Source of the DNA: a virus
Taxonomy: Duplodnaviria; Caudoviricetes
Length of the DNA: 64,000 bases
Strand: one strand, 5' to 3'
IMG/VR virus record: IMGVR_UViG_3300032216_000679
Span: 7,408 to 71,407 of that record
The position numbers were made by a program, and so were the translations under genes. Below the pieces are notes generated by a model. That model worked only from the letters and a program-made list of their open reading frames with translations. It had not been told where the DNA came from and searched no databases. Shown here piece by piece: positions 28,801-36,486 of the stretch; position 1 is the stretch's first letter, and each line of letters opens with the position of its first letter.

Positions 28801-29651
28801 AAGAACAATCTTATCAAATAAGTTTAAGGATAAGAAGTATTCAAGATGAAATTTATACTATTCAAAATGGACAAATGAAAACTCTTCAAGATCAAAATGA
28901 ACAGTATTCTAGAAAACTTCAATATAATGATGAAGATTTAAATTGGCAATTACAAACAGCAGATTTTCAAGGCCATTCAAGGCAATGGTGGATTGATCAT
29001 ATTGCATATTTAGAACATGCAATGACAAATACTAATGGTCTTGGAGATGCCACACAACGTCTTGTTGACTTAATGAACCAATATAATGCAGGAAGGCCAA
29101 GCGGATCTGCTGGTGAAGCAACATCTTCTAATGGACTACCACAACAAGCATCTAATGGTCAATCCTTTTCTGATATGACTGGAACAGATATTGGTAATTT
29201 AACTGGATCAGATATTGGAAACTATATTCGATGGGCTCATGGAGGACCAGGAGCATTTGTAATGGCAACAGGAGGAATGGTTCCAAGATATTATGCTTCT
29301 GGTGGACATGTAAACATGGATTCAGTTCCTGCCATGCTTACCCCTGGGGAATTTGTGATGCGTAAAGCAGCGGTACACAAGTATGGCATAGGAGCCCTTT
29401 CAGATATGAATACTGGAAGATGGGATGTTCCTAAATATAATACTGGAAAACTTTATGCTTCTGCCCCCAACGTTGGCTCATCATCACGAGGAAATATGCA
29501 AAACAATATCTCTGCTCCAGTGTATAATACTTATAGTATTAATGTTCCTGTCAATCAGCCTGGGGCATCTGCTGATGAAATTGCAAGCAAGGTTATGATG
29601 AAGATAAAGAACATAGAAAACAGTTCAATTAGGAGAATCGGTGGATATTAA
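19866..29651 (+). CDS. tape measure protein (3261 aa) with internal cargo domains
   Basis: follows the chaperone frameshift; NWGKNTQWAGRQL, TP901-type core (LAVLLVAMREGGVSAEQGANALKS), long helical/coiled-coil regions, C-terminal DSVPAMLTPGEFV. Confidence 0.92.
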   Translation: MADVNANIDINIDSSNAVANLRRLELAINDYQRNIASANTAAANSSAALNRALVDGINNTGMFSAKIAPATDSVGRFTTALEKNKLSLGEYTKYAASQLPGLSRVFRREFDTMQQVAESRVKKMQTQYLALGQTIDGTARSISMMPRGLAPGYATDVALATQRHQMLNKMIDDGSTKLLNWGKNTQWAGRQLMVGFSIPLAALGVTASKTFMEIDKATTSLKRVYGDLSTTSEEVNKNIAAINALGKEYTKYGIALSDTVNVAATAAAAGMKNEQLTANTKESLRLATLGQIDYQQALTTTITLQNAFGTSNKELAPTVDFIGAVANQTVLSVDDLTQAIPRVAPVIKGLGGDVKDLAVLLVAMREGGVSAEQGANALKSGLANLINPTKSATEATAKYGISLQSIIETNKGDIMGTIKSLASALSNLDEFSRQQVLEKVFGKYQFARIGALFDHINEKTGQVKQAMDLLGMSTQDLSKVSEKSLTAISESTSVKFKATLEQLKISIAPLGQAFLKGITPIVSMVSKVADAFNNLPDGVKNVVAVIIAAVAGLGPVILMSVGLLANGFANIVKVIQVFRKGLAGIRGDADSFKYLSTAEIEAAAATDALEGSVQSLTGKLLLQKGAVSSLTQEYLRFIDVAGVAAAVDGIGGFGGIAGGMPTRGAAATRGASKAAMRMATGGIVPGTGSGDTIPALLTPGESVITKEATQKYAPILHEMNKGTLPGFAGGLIGKTLSSLMTTRSGIPGITRGRIPLLQKMTDIAASRGIRPMGGRMLDPSKPPTLERGEGTYAAVAITKGHVAPKIQSGNGDAYHPGLMFWQGKEVNHLLSKSSVTGQQILSDFKLLEKSGVYPPSLMISAARKLGLKEETIDAAYAELKKQLRNKRDHIFKDSDFLDFAGKILYEKMDKDVFSTLFNIGTLRSKGKSVDALTYDQFKQNHFSLGGISIGQALRTWQTSSRQVRENPELLAAIMGGMQQSSTSRTLHRSTTLGLGRGSEFNPQESAILFEALRSGNVGSLVGREFSIDSPVSYTAGGLGGTLGALAQNTDVNRINSLINQLYQRKNRRADDLKLLEKARRNFDAGIMPDLNEKRIKELEQKTEKTKYLAEQKRLQQQIKELAPRGYQNVVFEQRFPKGSPLLDVNAATGGAGTYMGQNVAHEQEFISPGSRVRVVDVQVDPKTGLTKIITEALPMKFASGGIVPGTGNKDTIPALLTPGESVINKKATQKYAPILHQMNQGTLRGFALGDEDIQSTRRYGSTTHKALKEELMSLPISQEQLAMELERLDRAQLAAQASAIALEEFYIRQNNGMELTQRQLNAIEQAKQVDRAHAVAYEGEKYSPENWTKDMWQIAPRQQNAMSQSMAQSPRNQEVYFAELEKMKLNEEEAASIRHKIVNDLQLTDKELIIQNQVLSNIVDKIEEGTIKQHQISDNFHAWAVSTIAATEAMFSPELLKASQKKEKNDGRYIAPGQYLYNTKLQEEKSKTGDYIPRGPLAALFRENGAIGKDRPILSAGKVFPSRNFSEIEGNPIPKVREEIVKSGRLVGKSIADSLKTIPQSAKELSAATQTSITQTKSQSKNIFSSMASTISPVTDLFAKQSERKQAATRKGTYDANLRAAAGKASTLTLPRVPGIIGLEQMPSQISNALKDVVYNIKSGDLQLKEGFSIIGKDLMTNGKILSGNIKTTLSETAQKVSLQLSQAGNTMKDAMIGAELKIREASAKTAGRISGGISSAGNWLYGKEGNELSRSQKFGNKAMGASMALGMASMLPMMLQDKNGKALGMDAGKLSMTMMGGSAILGILPMLGPAAVPVAALAGAAAIAGVSLNKWRSSLDDAAKDAATLGSNMGGAANAVGRMADILGATDPLKARQTLQLAVAPKQQEEFSKYSSMLQEGAGKQFIEELQAATSEERFSKLSSYLKNAIAAGMLNEDQAKLFSKAVGFQLNDVLLGIRAGGSASGQKTGSAALLELARQRENAVSGNGRIKSVINSNMPDSVNSADAAFAIGAGTQISQAYSEAAAKANEDYKNGIITFKELTNTVNETKIAISKWGSVVQKATQNTDDTGATAQGTQAAMALAGVTEDQRNALQDVYNNAYKTASENTSGAQMQFLNKQGTSYGKAIGSEAGYKYLENKATGAGYEANMQGVQAYMEKGGEKAQKDLLLAQKISDQLKLATKNDALQSAMNLAVSNGMINPSQASSNLNAIVNDPKALEYFNNAGQTAQAFTDALSKANSDILFSSEEYKNRLTNLAISLPTDELRNSLNAYVSSANSETESKSRLNRVVNLRGAPNGRELQAQFLNNVDIANQYGYNADIIQSRKGFKDILGLNSFGFPTDKNSAKNLANYNKSLSAAGQAGLSQGAVNYATEKGGKNASSKINNLISDYQKLMAMPEEVRLAINIDTNKGEDLDKFGPEAEKLTANWNILQNLNPNIDISLVAKWVMTDGNGNALDPAETTLRMLKLNKAMDQFNKSGKKGRYQASVDIVTALTNEGKSLTQGITPEDVVKDVEMKLAKIGKKLSDLTPEQASAVFQIDVSTLITGADIAAKAAEITTKMTETKDVGDKLMYARELEALTTSTQALNTDTEAAMFAAATTPTSSGSGGGGGSADFRKQLIKDTQANTNLFVKAKGAPNGLLQQFKNDFKKKAGFNLPQTILDQIGVGVEGEKNLTLLKKMGIDKFVAFIKKYLKSLAGQASAAIDDEITANNKKVEAIRSMKAAGYSEDQVQAALASDSFMQELDAMGNTSKGAQGLRSQLDRLTASQKAVTDASMTAEQALQNQRDAMQKDADIINNALAKQEDQIKIDNAAKFLADNGMTTDQMHHQIDANNKIIQQEQDKINAKQSQIDSLNRQNELNNRISDALSHDLDIMSQQEQKIRETYQKRIDALNKVAEINDHIAQQQQDQIGFAKALSEGDVYAAAQAAQQMQQNDIQYARKQQQDALQTGMQNEVDNLKTPSGLTKKQAEQQINAIKEQSYQISLRIRSIQDEIYTIQNGQMKTLQDQNEQYSRKLQYNDEDLNWQLQTADFQGHSRQWWIDHIAYLEHAMTNTNGLGDATQRLVDLMNQYNAGRPSGSAGEATSSNGLPQQASNGQSFSDMTGTDIGNLTGSDIGNYIRWAHGGPGAFVMATGGMVPRYYASGGHVNMDSVPAMLTPGEFVMRKAAVHKYGIGALSDMNTGRWDVPKYNTGKLYASAPNVGSSSRGNMQNNISAPVYNTYSINVPVNQPGASADEIASKVMMKIKNIENSSIRRIGGY
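21891..22055 (+). repeat. 55-codon direct repeat, copy 1 (inside the tape measure gene)
   Basis: MRMATGGIVPGTGSGDTIPALLTPGESVITKEATQKYAPILHEMNKGTLPGFAGG; 44/55 aa identical to copy 2. Confidence 0.95.
22716..23447 (+). other. ADP-ribosyltransferase-like domain within the tape measure protein
   Basis: LHR (R at 22827), VGREFSIDSPVSYT (S-Y-T 22959-22967), VVFEQRFPKGSPLLDV, HEQEFISPGSRVRV (ExE 23349-23357). Confidence 0.65.
23448..23612 (+). repeat. 55-codon direct repeat, copy 2
   Basis: MKFASGGIVPGTGNKDTIPALLTPGESVINKKATQKYAPILHQMNQGTLRGFALG; offset 1557 nt (in frame). Confidence 0.95.
29262..29420 (+). repeat. diverged third copy of the repeat near the tape measure C-terminus
   Basis: MATGGMVPRYYASGGHVNMDSVPAMLTPGEFVMRKAAVHKYG. 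Confidence 0.8.
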
Positions 29652-30273
29652 TCCAAACAACCCCACTAGCACCTCCTCCTATATTTCTGGCAGAAAGCGT
29701 TATGGTAGACCACAAGCAATGTTGTGGGCAGATAATGCAGGCAATTATTCTAATAATATTAGATTCCCATTAGGGATGGAAAAAGAAGATTTCATCATTC
29801 TTTCAGATCACAATAGACAACCTATTAATATTACTCAGCAAAGAATAGAATCACGACAAAGAATGATTAACGGAACAATGCGTTCTTATCATATTGCTGA
29901 TAAGATTGTTATTGGTTGTGGCTGGCAGATGCTTCCTTCACGATCATATTCCACTAATATTAATTTTAATTCCTCTGGCAAGGCAGTAATGTCTGATGCT
30001 GACTATGAAAATACCGCTGATGGTGGGGCAGGCGGGGTAGAGATTCTTGACTGGTATGAAAACCATTCTGGTCCATTTTATGTATACCTTGCATATGATA
30101 AATACAATAACTTTACAACAGGAGATCAGATTGACGAAAACTCCTTTAATCATTTATCAATATATAATGATGTAAGGCACATGTATTTTTCTTCATTTGA
30201 TTATTCTATTCAAAAAAGAGGAAATACCAATTTTGATTATTGGACAATAAACTTTTCTTTGGAAGAAGTATAA
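29641..30273 (+). CDS. distal tail / minor tail protein
   Basis: directly after the tape measure; RMINGTMRSYHIADK; C-terminal WTINFSLEEV. Confidence 0.6.
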   Translation: MDINPNNPTSTSSYISGRKRYGRPQAMLWADNAGNYSNNIRFPLGMEKEDFIILSDHNRQPINITQQRIESRQRMINGTMRSYHIADKIVIGCGWQMLPSRSYSTNINFNSSGKAVMSDADYENTADGGAGGVEILDWYENHSGPFYVYLAYDKYNNFTTGDQIDENSFNHLSIYNDVRHMYFSSFDYSIQKRGNTNFDYWTINFSLEEV

Positions 30274-33200
30274 TGTTTCAAAATGATATTCTTGAAAATG
30301 AACTAAAGTATTCTCATACCCTTCAAAATAATCAAAAAATATGGGTGGAATGGAATCTTAATCAATCAGAAAATATCAGTAGGGTCGGCAACTATCGCTA
30401 TCGTCCAGCAACGAATGATACTAAGTTTAACGTAATAAAATCATCTTATGATGCAACAGATAGTGGCTCCTATTACACTGGAGCAACTGATTCAGATATT
30501 GTTATTAATGCTGGATTTGATGATGCAGATAATCCCTCCTACTTGATCTCTCCCAAAAAAAAGATAAATCTTCTTTATTCTTTGGAAGATTGTTTTAAAC
30601 AGAATAGACCAAGATCAGGAATAAATAAATTATTATATTTAGGAAGATCTCAATATATTGATAGCATAAATGTATTTAGAGAAACAAAGTCTGCCAGTAT
30701 AACCAATGCTGTTTCTACAGAAGGATACATTACTTTTACTGCTATAAATAATTTTTTAGTAGGAGATTATGTAAAAATAACTGGTATTGCTCCTTCATCA
30801 TATGATCAAGTGAATCCAGTAAAAATTGTTGCTGTAACAGATACATCTTTTTCTATCTTAGGAAATAATGCCAATGCCTATCAAAATGGCGGATTAGCAG
30901 AAATAGGATATCTTGGAACCAATAATGTTGCCAGAAGACCAAGATATTATATGGCATCAAGATATGATGACTTTAAATATTGGACCTCCTATAGGAAAGA
31001 AGTAGAACGATCCTTCGTTGATAGCAAAGAAGTTTTCACAAATAATGAATTTGGGATATCATTAAATAGAAACACTGGAACATCAAATAAGTCTTATTAT
31101 ATCTATGATGCGGCACCATTTGTTGTATATAATGAAAAAATACCAACAAATAAAATTGTAATTAAAATGCAAACAAATGTTGGAGAAATAAATAATGGGC
31201 CATATAGATTTGGATCAAGATCTGCTTCCGCGCAAGACCCTTTCTATGGAGAAAAAAATAAAACTGTTCCAAAGAAGTGGCAAATTCAAACATTAAATGA
31301 GAGCAATCAGTGGCAAACCATTATTTCTTTTGGAGAGGATTCTGTCAGAGATGACGGAAGTGCAATAGTTGGATCTGACGGTCAAGTAGAAGTTGAATAC
31401 GGTCTAACAATTCCTTGGCAATATTATAACTATTTCACACTTGTAGGAGAGATAACTTCTTTATCTCAAAGACCAGAGTATGCTCCGTATGGTTATGCCT
31501 ACTTATATAAGCAATCATCTGATGATAAAGGTGTTCTGTATGTATATGACGGAGGAACTTGGGACGCAATAACTCCAGAATATACATGGCGTATAGCAGA
31601 ACTTGATGTTACCAGCAATAGATCTGTTATTAAAAAGTTATCTGATCCAGATTATTATGTTGATGAGAATTCTATAAAACATTTTAGAGAATTTGAGTTT
31701 ATTAAAGGTATAAGAGTTGTAGTTGACACAATGAATAAGATTGACTGTACCTTTGATCTTATAGAAATGTCTCCAAGGCTAATTGGAGATATAACTAAGA
31801 AGGTTGTATCCTTTTCAATAAAAAAGACTCTTGCTGATTTAGCAAACTACTCAATGCCTATGGGAAATTTAATAGCATCTACAGGAAGTTTATCAATATT
31901 TGATGACGATTTATCTTTTAATGACAACAATATTTTTGATGATGAAACAAATATGGGAAGCATCATTAGCAAATATTCAAATACCAGAATAAAATTCTTA
32001 TTCTATGACGTAACTACAATCAAAGAAATAGAGGACGGGGTGGAATATTTCCTTGACTATTACATCCCAATAAAGACATTATATTCAGAAAAGATTCCTC
32101 AAGTAAGCGATACCGCCGCATCAATCTCCCTAGAACTTAGAGATCTATTTTTCTTTTTTGAATCAAAAAAATCTCCAGAACTTCTTTTAACAAATGTTTC
32201 TTTAAGTTATGCAATAACTGTTTTATTAGATAGCATTGGCTTTAGTAATTATGTATTTAAAAGAACTGAAGAAGATAATGAATTAATAATTCCATTTTTT
32301 TTCGTTGGTCCAAATCAAAATATTGCAGAAACTTTGCAACAACTTGCCATATCTTCACAAAGTGCAATGTTTTTTGATGAATACAACAATCTAATAGTTA
32401 TGTCAAAAAATTATATTTTGCCATCTGAAGAGGCTAGGCCAACAGATCTAACTCTATATGGACAAGAAACATCGGTAGGGGATAAAATTGCCTTGCCAAA
32501 TATTTTAAATGTTGCTTCTGAGGATAAACTCGTATATAACGGTGGAGAAATAAATTACACAACTAGATATATTCAAAAGTCAATAGGATCTATTGCTCAG
32601 GCACCCTACATAGATGAATATAAGACTTATATCTATAAGCCAGTTTTATTGTGGGAGGTCGCGGGGCAAGAAAAGGTAAAAACTGTTAATGAATCAGCAA
32701 CACGATCTTCTGGGTATTCGCTATCGGCTATGCCATTAAAAACAACATTAAGCGCAATTACTCCTAGTATAGTTAATGGCAATCTTATAAACAATATTAT
32801 AGACTTTGGCGAAAGCGTATATTGGCTTGGGAACTACTCTGGATATTTTTATGCAAATAGCGAAATAATTAGATATGATGCTGTGGAATATTCTATTGCT
32901 GGGGTGGGCAATATCTGGATTAATAATAATCAACAATATCAAAAATATTTTAGTAAATTAAAATTTAATGGAAAAATGTACCCAACGGGAAGAGTTAGAA
33001 TATACACAGATGTTCAGGGAACTACTGTAAAAGAACATGGTCGTGGTCAATTCTCAACAAATATAGTAGAGCATCAAGCAGGTATTGGTGTCGATTCTTC
33101 TTGGGTTAGCCCAGATAATTTAAGAGGGTCAATTCAAAATGCACAAGAATACCTATTTAATACTAATAAGATAATTGCTTATAATGATGAAAATCTTGTT

Positions 33201-35744
33201 CATACGATGGGATCACTCAGTTTAAATATTGGCAGACCAGAACAACAATATGCAGATTCTCCATACAGTGCTGGAAATATTAGATCTATTAATGGACAAA
33301 GATATACTGCGCTATCTTATGCAAAAAAGTCTTCTCGCAACGGCATAATCAAAAATTTTATGGCAAATACAAATATTACAGAAAATGATGTTAATTATTA
33401 TAAGAGCGCCCTATCTGGATCAGTTCAATCATCTGCTTTAATATTTGACGGACCAGAACTGCCTTCAGAAATTGATCCTGCAAACTTTATTTCTTATACA
33501 TATAAGCAACTTGATAAGCCATATAAGCATTTTGGAACAAGGATGAGAGTCATTGGAGAAGTTCAATCTAAAAATAATAGTGGGCAAACCCCACAAGGGG
33601 CATTCAACCCTTACCCATCAAATCAAATAATTTCTTCAGATCCAAATAAGCAGACTTTTATTTCAGGTGGTAGTGGTGGAATGGCATTTAATTTAAATAA
33701 AGATACCAATATTGGATACTACTACGAGATAATGGCTTTATCAGAAAACAATATAACAAACTTTAAAAATAATTCTAATGCAGATTCTTACAGTATTGCA
33801 AAGGTTGCAAATGGAATTAGTTGTACAGCAGATACAGTTACCGTTACTCTTACATCTCAGCATGATTTTGAAATAGGAACACAGATTTCTGTTACTGGAG
33901 CCATAGATGACAGTAGGAAAACTGCTCCAGCAACATCCTTGAATGGACAGTTTACTGTAACAGAAATTGATAATACTAGGAAAAAGTTTAAATTTAAAAT
34001 GGCTGGAATAAGTTCTCCTGCAAATATTACTGATTTTTATAGAACTGGTGAAGGTACTTCTTGGACAGTTACATACGTTGCAAACAATAGTTTTAGGGCT
34101 GGACAACTTGTAAATATTTCTGGATTATCTCCTTCTGGATATAATATTTCTAATGCCGTTATTTCTTCTGCAAATGAAAATCAATTTACTGTGCAAACGA
34201 CTTCAGATCTTGGATCACCATCAGATAAGGTTGGCACCGCCACCTATGTTGCCCTTACAACAAGTTCCGCTAGCGGTGGCATAGTATCAAAGTCACTTGA
34301 TGAAGATACACAAATATCAAATGTATTTTTCTATAAAGTTAATTTTGGATTTAATAAATCAGAAATTATTAAAAAGTATAGTCACAATGTAACAGAAATT
34401 GTTAATGGAAGTCCAGTAACATATAATTTGGCTACGCTGACAACATTAAGAAATCATTATTTCAGTGCTGGAGAAAAAATAAATGTTGATGGCGTAGAAA
34501 GTGATTTCAATGGATTACAAGATATATTTGCTACGACCAGCAACACTATATCTTATAAAATTAATTCTTCAAATCAGGTTAGTGAAACAGAAGTAAGTCC
34601 AGTAGGAAATGTTACTGGAATTGATGCCATAGCCATACCTCAAATTTTATGGAGAGGTTTAACTGATATCATTGTTGATGATGGAAAGTTTACTGGTCAA
34701 TCAAGGATGGTTGCAGGAACAGGTAAAACAGTTTACGATCTTTCCGCAGAATATGTAAACATAGCATCCAAAAGAAGATTTTATTTATACCTAAACGATA
34801 AGCAGGTAGCAGTTGTAGATGATCCAGAGCCGCTTCCAGAATATAGCAACATTGCCTTATTTGTTCGTGGATCTTCAAGATGCATGTTTGAAAATATTTA
34901 TGCTCTTTCTGATAATTTTGCTGAGAATGTGGCAAAAGGAGTACAACTTCCAGTATCTCAAAATAATATTTCAGCAGAAAACGAGGTAATTAGAAATTAT
35001 GCACTCAATGGAATTATTCAAAGCACATATCTCAAAGGAATAAGTTCTGAATCAGATCCTCAATATGCGTTGTATTATGATGAATTTGGAACTATCATGC
35101 GAGAAGCAGCATACTTTAATATCAGATACGATAGGGCATATCCAGCCCTTTATGCAAAAATTGCAGATGTACTGAATAACGTCAAGGCTTACACAGTTTC
35201 AGGATTCCTTGCTGGATCTTATGGGGCAGAGTTCCTTATATTCAATATTGCTGATAAAAATATTAATCTAGATGATACCAGCGGAAACTATTTAAGAATT
35301 TTAGGAATTGCATTTACACAAAATACTACACACTCTCTCAAGGTTGATGATTTCTTTAAGAAGAATAGTAATTTTACTAATGCCATTTATTCTGGATCTA
35401 ATAATGCTGAGGAATATCAAAAACTTTATAACGATGTTCTTAATAGTAGAAATAAATATGGAAGAAATGATTTTTCTATAGAGGCAGAATATGTGCAAAC
35501 AGACGATGCAGCAGAATCAATGATGGATTGGATTATTAAAAAAGTTATTACACCAAGAAAAACCGTGGGGGTATCAGCATTTGGAGTTCCACATCTTCAA
35601 CTTGGAGATATTGTCAATATCAATTACAAGAGTAGCGATGTAGACATTGTTGCCGATAGTTCAACAAGATTTGCAGTATATAATATAGAGCATCAGAAAA
35701 GTTCTGGTTCAATTCAAACTACATTATATTTAGCGGAGGTTTAA
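30273..35744 (+). CDS. large tail-tip/baseplate protein with four inserted beta modules (track start 30240)
   Basis: TAATG coupling; LQQLAISSQSAMFFDEYNNL and C-terminal HLQLGDIVNI Tal-like patterns. Confidence 0.65.
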   Translation: MFQNDILENELKYSHTLQNNQKIWVEWNLNQSENISRVGNYRYRPATNDTKFNVIKSSYDATDSGSYYTGATDSDIVINAGFDDADNPSYLISPKKKINLLYSLEDCFKQNRPRSGINKLLYLGRSQYIDSINVFRETKSASITNAVSTEGYITFTAINNFLVGDYVKITGIAPSSYDQVNPVKIVAVTDTSFSILGNNANAYQNGGLAEIGYLGTNNVARRPRYYMASRYDDFKYWTSYRKEVERSFVDSKEVFTNNEFGISLNRNTGTSNKSYYIYDAAPFVVYNEKIPTNKIVIKMQTNVGEINNGPYRFGSRSASAQDPFYGEKNKTVPKKWQIQTLNESNQWQTIISFGEDSVRDDGSAIVGSDGQVEVEYGLTIPWQYYNYFTLVGEITSLSQRPEYAPYGYAYLYKQSSDDKGVLYVYDGGTWDAITPEYTWRIAELDVTSNRSVIKKLSDPDYYVDENSIKHFREFEFIKGIRVVVDTMNKIDCTFDLIEMSPRLIGDITKKVVSFSIKKTLADLANYSMPMGNLIASTGSLSIFDDDLSFNDNNIFDDETNMGSIISKYSNTRIKFLFYDVTTIKEIEDGVEYFLDYYIPIKTLYSEKIPQVSDTAASISLELRDLFFFFESKKSPELLLTNVSLSYAITVLLDSIGFSNYVFKRTEEDNELIIPFFFVGPNQNIAETLQQLAISSQSAMFFDEYNNLIVMSKNYILPSEEARPTDLTLYGQETSVGDKIALPNILNVASEDKLVYNGGEINYTTRYIQKSIGSIAQAPYIDEYKTYIYKPVLLWEVAGQEKVKTVNESATRSSGYSLSAMPLKTTLSAITPSIVNGNLINNIIDFGESVYWLGNYSGYFYANSEIIRYDAVEYSIAGVGNIWINNNQQYQKYFSKLKFNGKMYPTGRVRIYTDVQGTTVKEHGRGQFSTNIVEHQAGIGVDSSWVSPDNLRGSIQNAQEYLFNTNKIIAYNDENLVHTMGSLSLNIGRPEQQYADSPYSAGNIRSINGQRYTALSYAKKSSRNGIIKNFMANTNITENDVNYYKSALSGSVQSSALIFDGPELPSEIDPANFISYTYKQLDKPYKHFGTRMRVIGEVQSKNNSGQTPQGAFNPYPSNQIISSDPNKQTFISGGSGGMAFNLNKDTNIGYYYEIMALSENNITNFKNNSNADSYSIAKVANGISCTADTVTVTLTSQHDFEIGTQISVTGAIDDSRKTAPATSLNGQFTVTEIDNTRKKFKFKMAGISSPANITDFYRTGEGTSWTVTYVANNSFRAGQLVNISGLSPSGYNISNAVISSANENQFTVQTTSDLGSPSDKVGTATYVALTTSSASGGIVSKSLDEDTQISNVFFYKVNFGFNKSEIIKKYSHNVTEIVNGSPVTYNLATLTTLRNHYFSAGEKINVDGVESDFNGLQDIFATTSNTISYKINSSNQVSETEVSPVGNVTGIDAIAIPQILWRGLTDIIVDDGKFTGQSRMVAGTGKTVYDLSAEYVNIASKRRFYLYLNDKQVAVVDDPEPLPEYSNIALFVRGSSRCMFENIYALSDNFAENVAKGVQLPVSQNNISAENEVIRNYALNGIIQSTYLKGISSESDPQYALYYDEFGTIMREAAYFNIRYDRAYPALYAKIADVLNNVKAYTVSGFLAGSYGAEFLIFNIADKNINLDDTSGNYLRILGIAFTQNTTHSLKVDDFFKKNSNFTNAIYSGSNNAEEYQKLYNDVLNSRNKYGRNDFSIEAEYVQTDDAAESMMDWIIKKVITPRKTVGVSAFGVPHLQLGDIVNINYKSSDVDIVADSSTRFAVYNIEHQKSSGSIQTTLYLAEV

Positions 35745-35745
35745 G

Positions 35746-36486
35746 ATGCCTTGGGTAAATTATACTAGTCCATTTGGTACGTTTAGTCAATGGGTAGATG
35801 ATCCAGCACCAGTAATTGCTCCAGAAATGTCTGGTAATGTTGTAATTTCTAATAGTCCTGCCCCGCCAGTAGCGTCCCCGCCAAGTTCTTCTAATTTGCC
35901 AAATGCAATATCCCTTCCCAATCCTTCAACCACAACCAATCCAACCACAACCAATCCAACCACAACCAATCCAGCCACAACCAATCCAGCCCCATCCACC
36001 CCAGCCTCATCTAATGCATCTCCTGTTAATTCCGCCCCAGTGTCTGCAACTCCATCACTTCCTACATTTACTCCAATGCCTTCAAATAAAAATTTCAAGG
36101 TTGCTCCATCAGATATTATTCAATTTGACGAAAGCAATATAGAGATACAACTAATAACAAATCTTCTTTTTGAAGATGTGGGAGCAGTTGAATTATCTGA
36201 TATGTCTCGCTCAGATCTTATAGATGGACAACAGGTAATTTATAGCCCCATTACAAATCTTCCTGAATTAAAAAGAGATTTTGATCCAAACAAGATTATT
36301 TCCAATATTCCTATGGTAGATTATTTTTCAAAATTCTTGATTGACTTATTATCAAGAGGTATGCATGAGCCATATTTTGATGATGAGGGTAACCTTGTTA
36401 TAGAAATTGATAAAGTTCTTGATGATGAAAAAATTGAGGCAGAAATTTTATCAAATGGTACAATTGAAATTATAGGAGAAATATGA
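35746..36486 (+). CDS. tail-associated protein with a Pro/Thr/Ser-rich linker
   Basis: PTTTN repeats in a low-complexity N-terminal half; globular C-terminal half; lies in the tail module. Confidence 0.6.
   Translation: MPWVNYTSPFGTFSQWVDDPAPVIAPEMSGNVVISNSPAPPVASPPSSSNLPNAISLPNPSTTTNPTTTNPTTTNPATTNPAPSTPASSNASPVNSAPVSATPSLPTFTPMPSNKNFKVAPSDIIQFDESNIEIQLITNLLFEDVGAVELSDMSRSDLIDGQQVIYSPITNLPELKRDFDPNKIISNIPMVDYFSKFLIDLLSRGMHEPYFDDEGNLVIEIDKVLDDEKIEAEILSNGTIEIIGEI
35927..35990 (+). repeat. 15-bp tandem repeat, about 4.3 copies (CAACCACAACCAATC)
   Basis: three exact copies and one with a single substitution; encodes (P/S)TTTN units. Confidence 0.95.

Noticed and set aside
35927-35990. Tandem repeat as a mini-CRISPR array, or the alternative-frame (QP)n ORF 35903..36142
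   Set aside because: The 15-bp units are contiguous with no spacers. The QP ORF is a by-product of the repeat inside a well-coupled gene.
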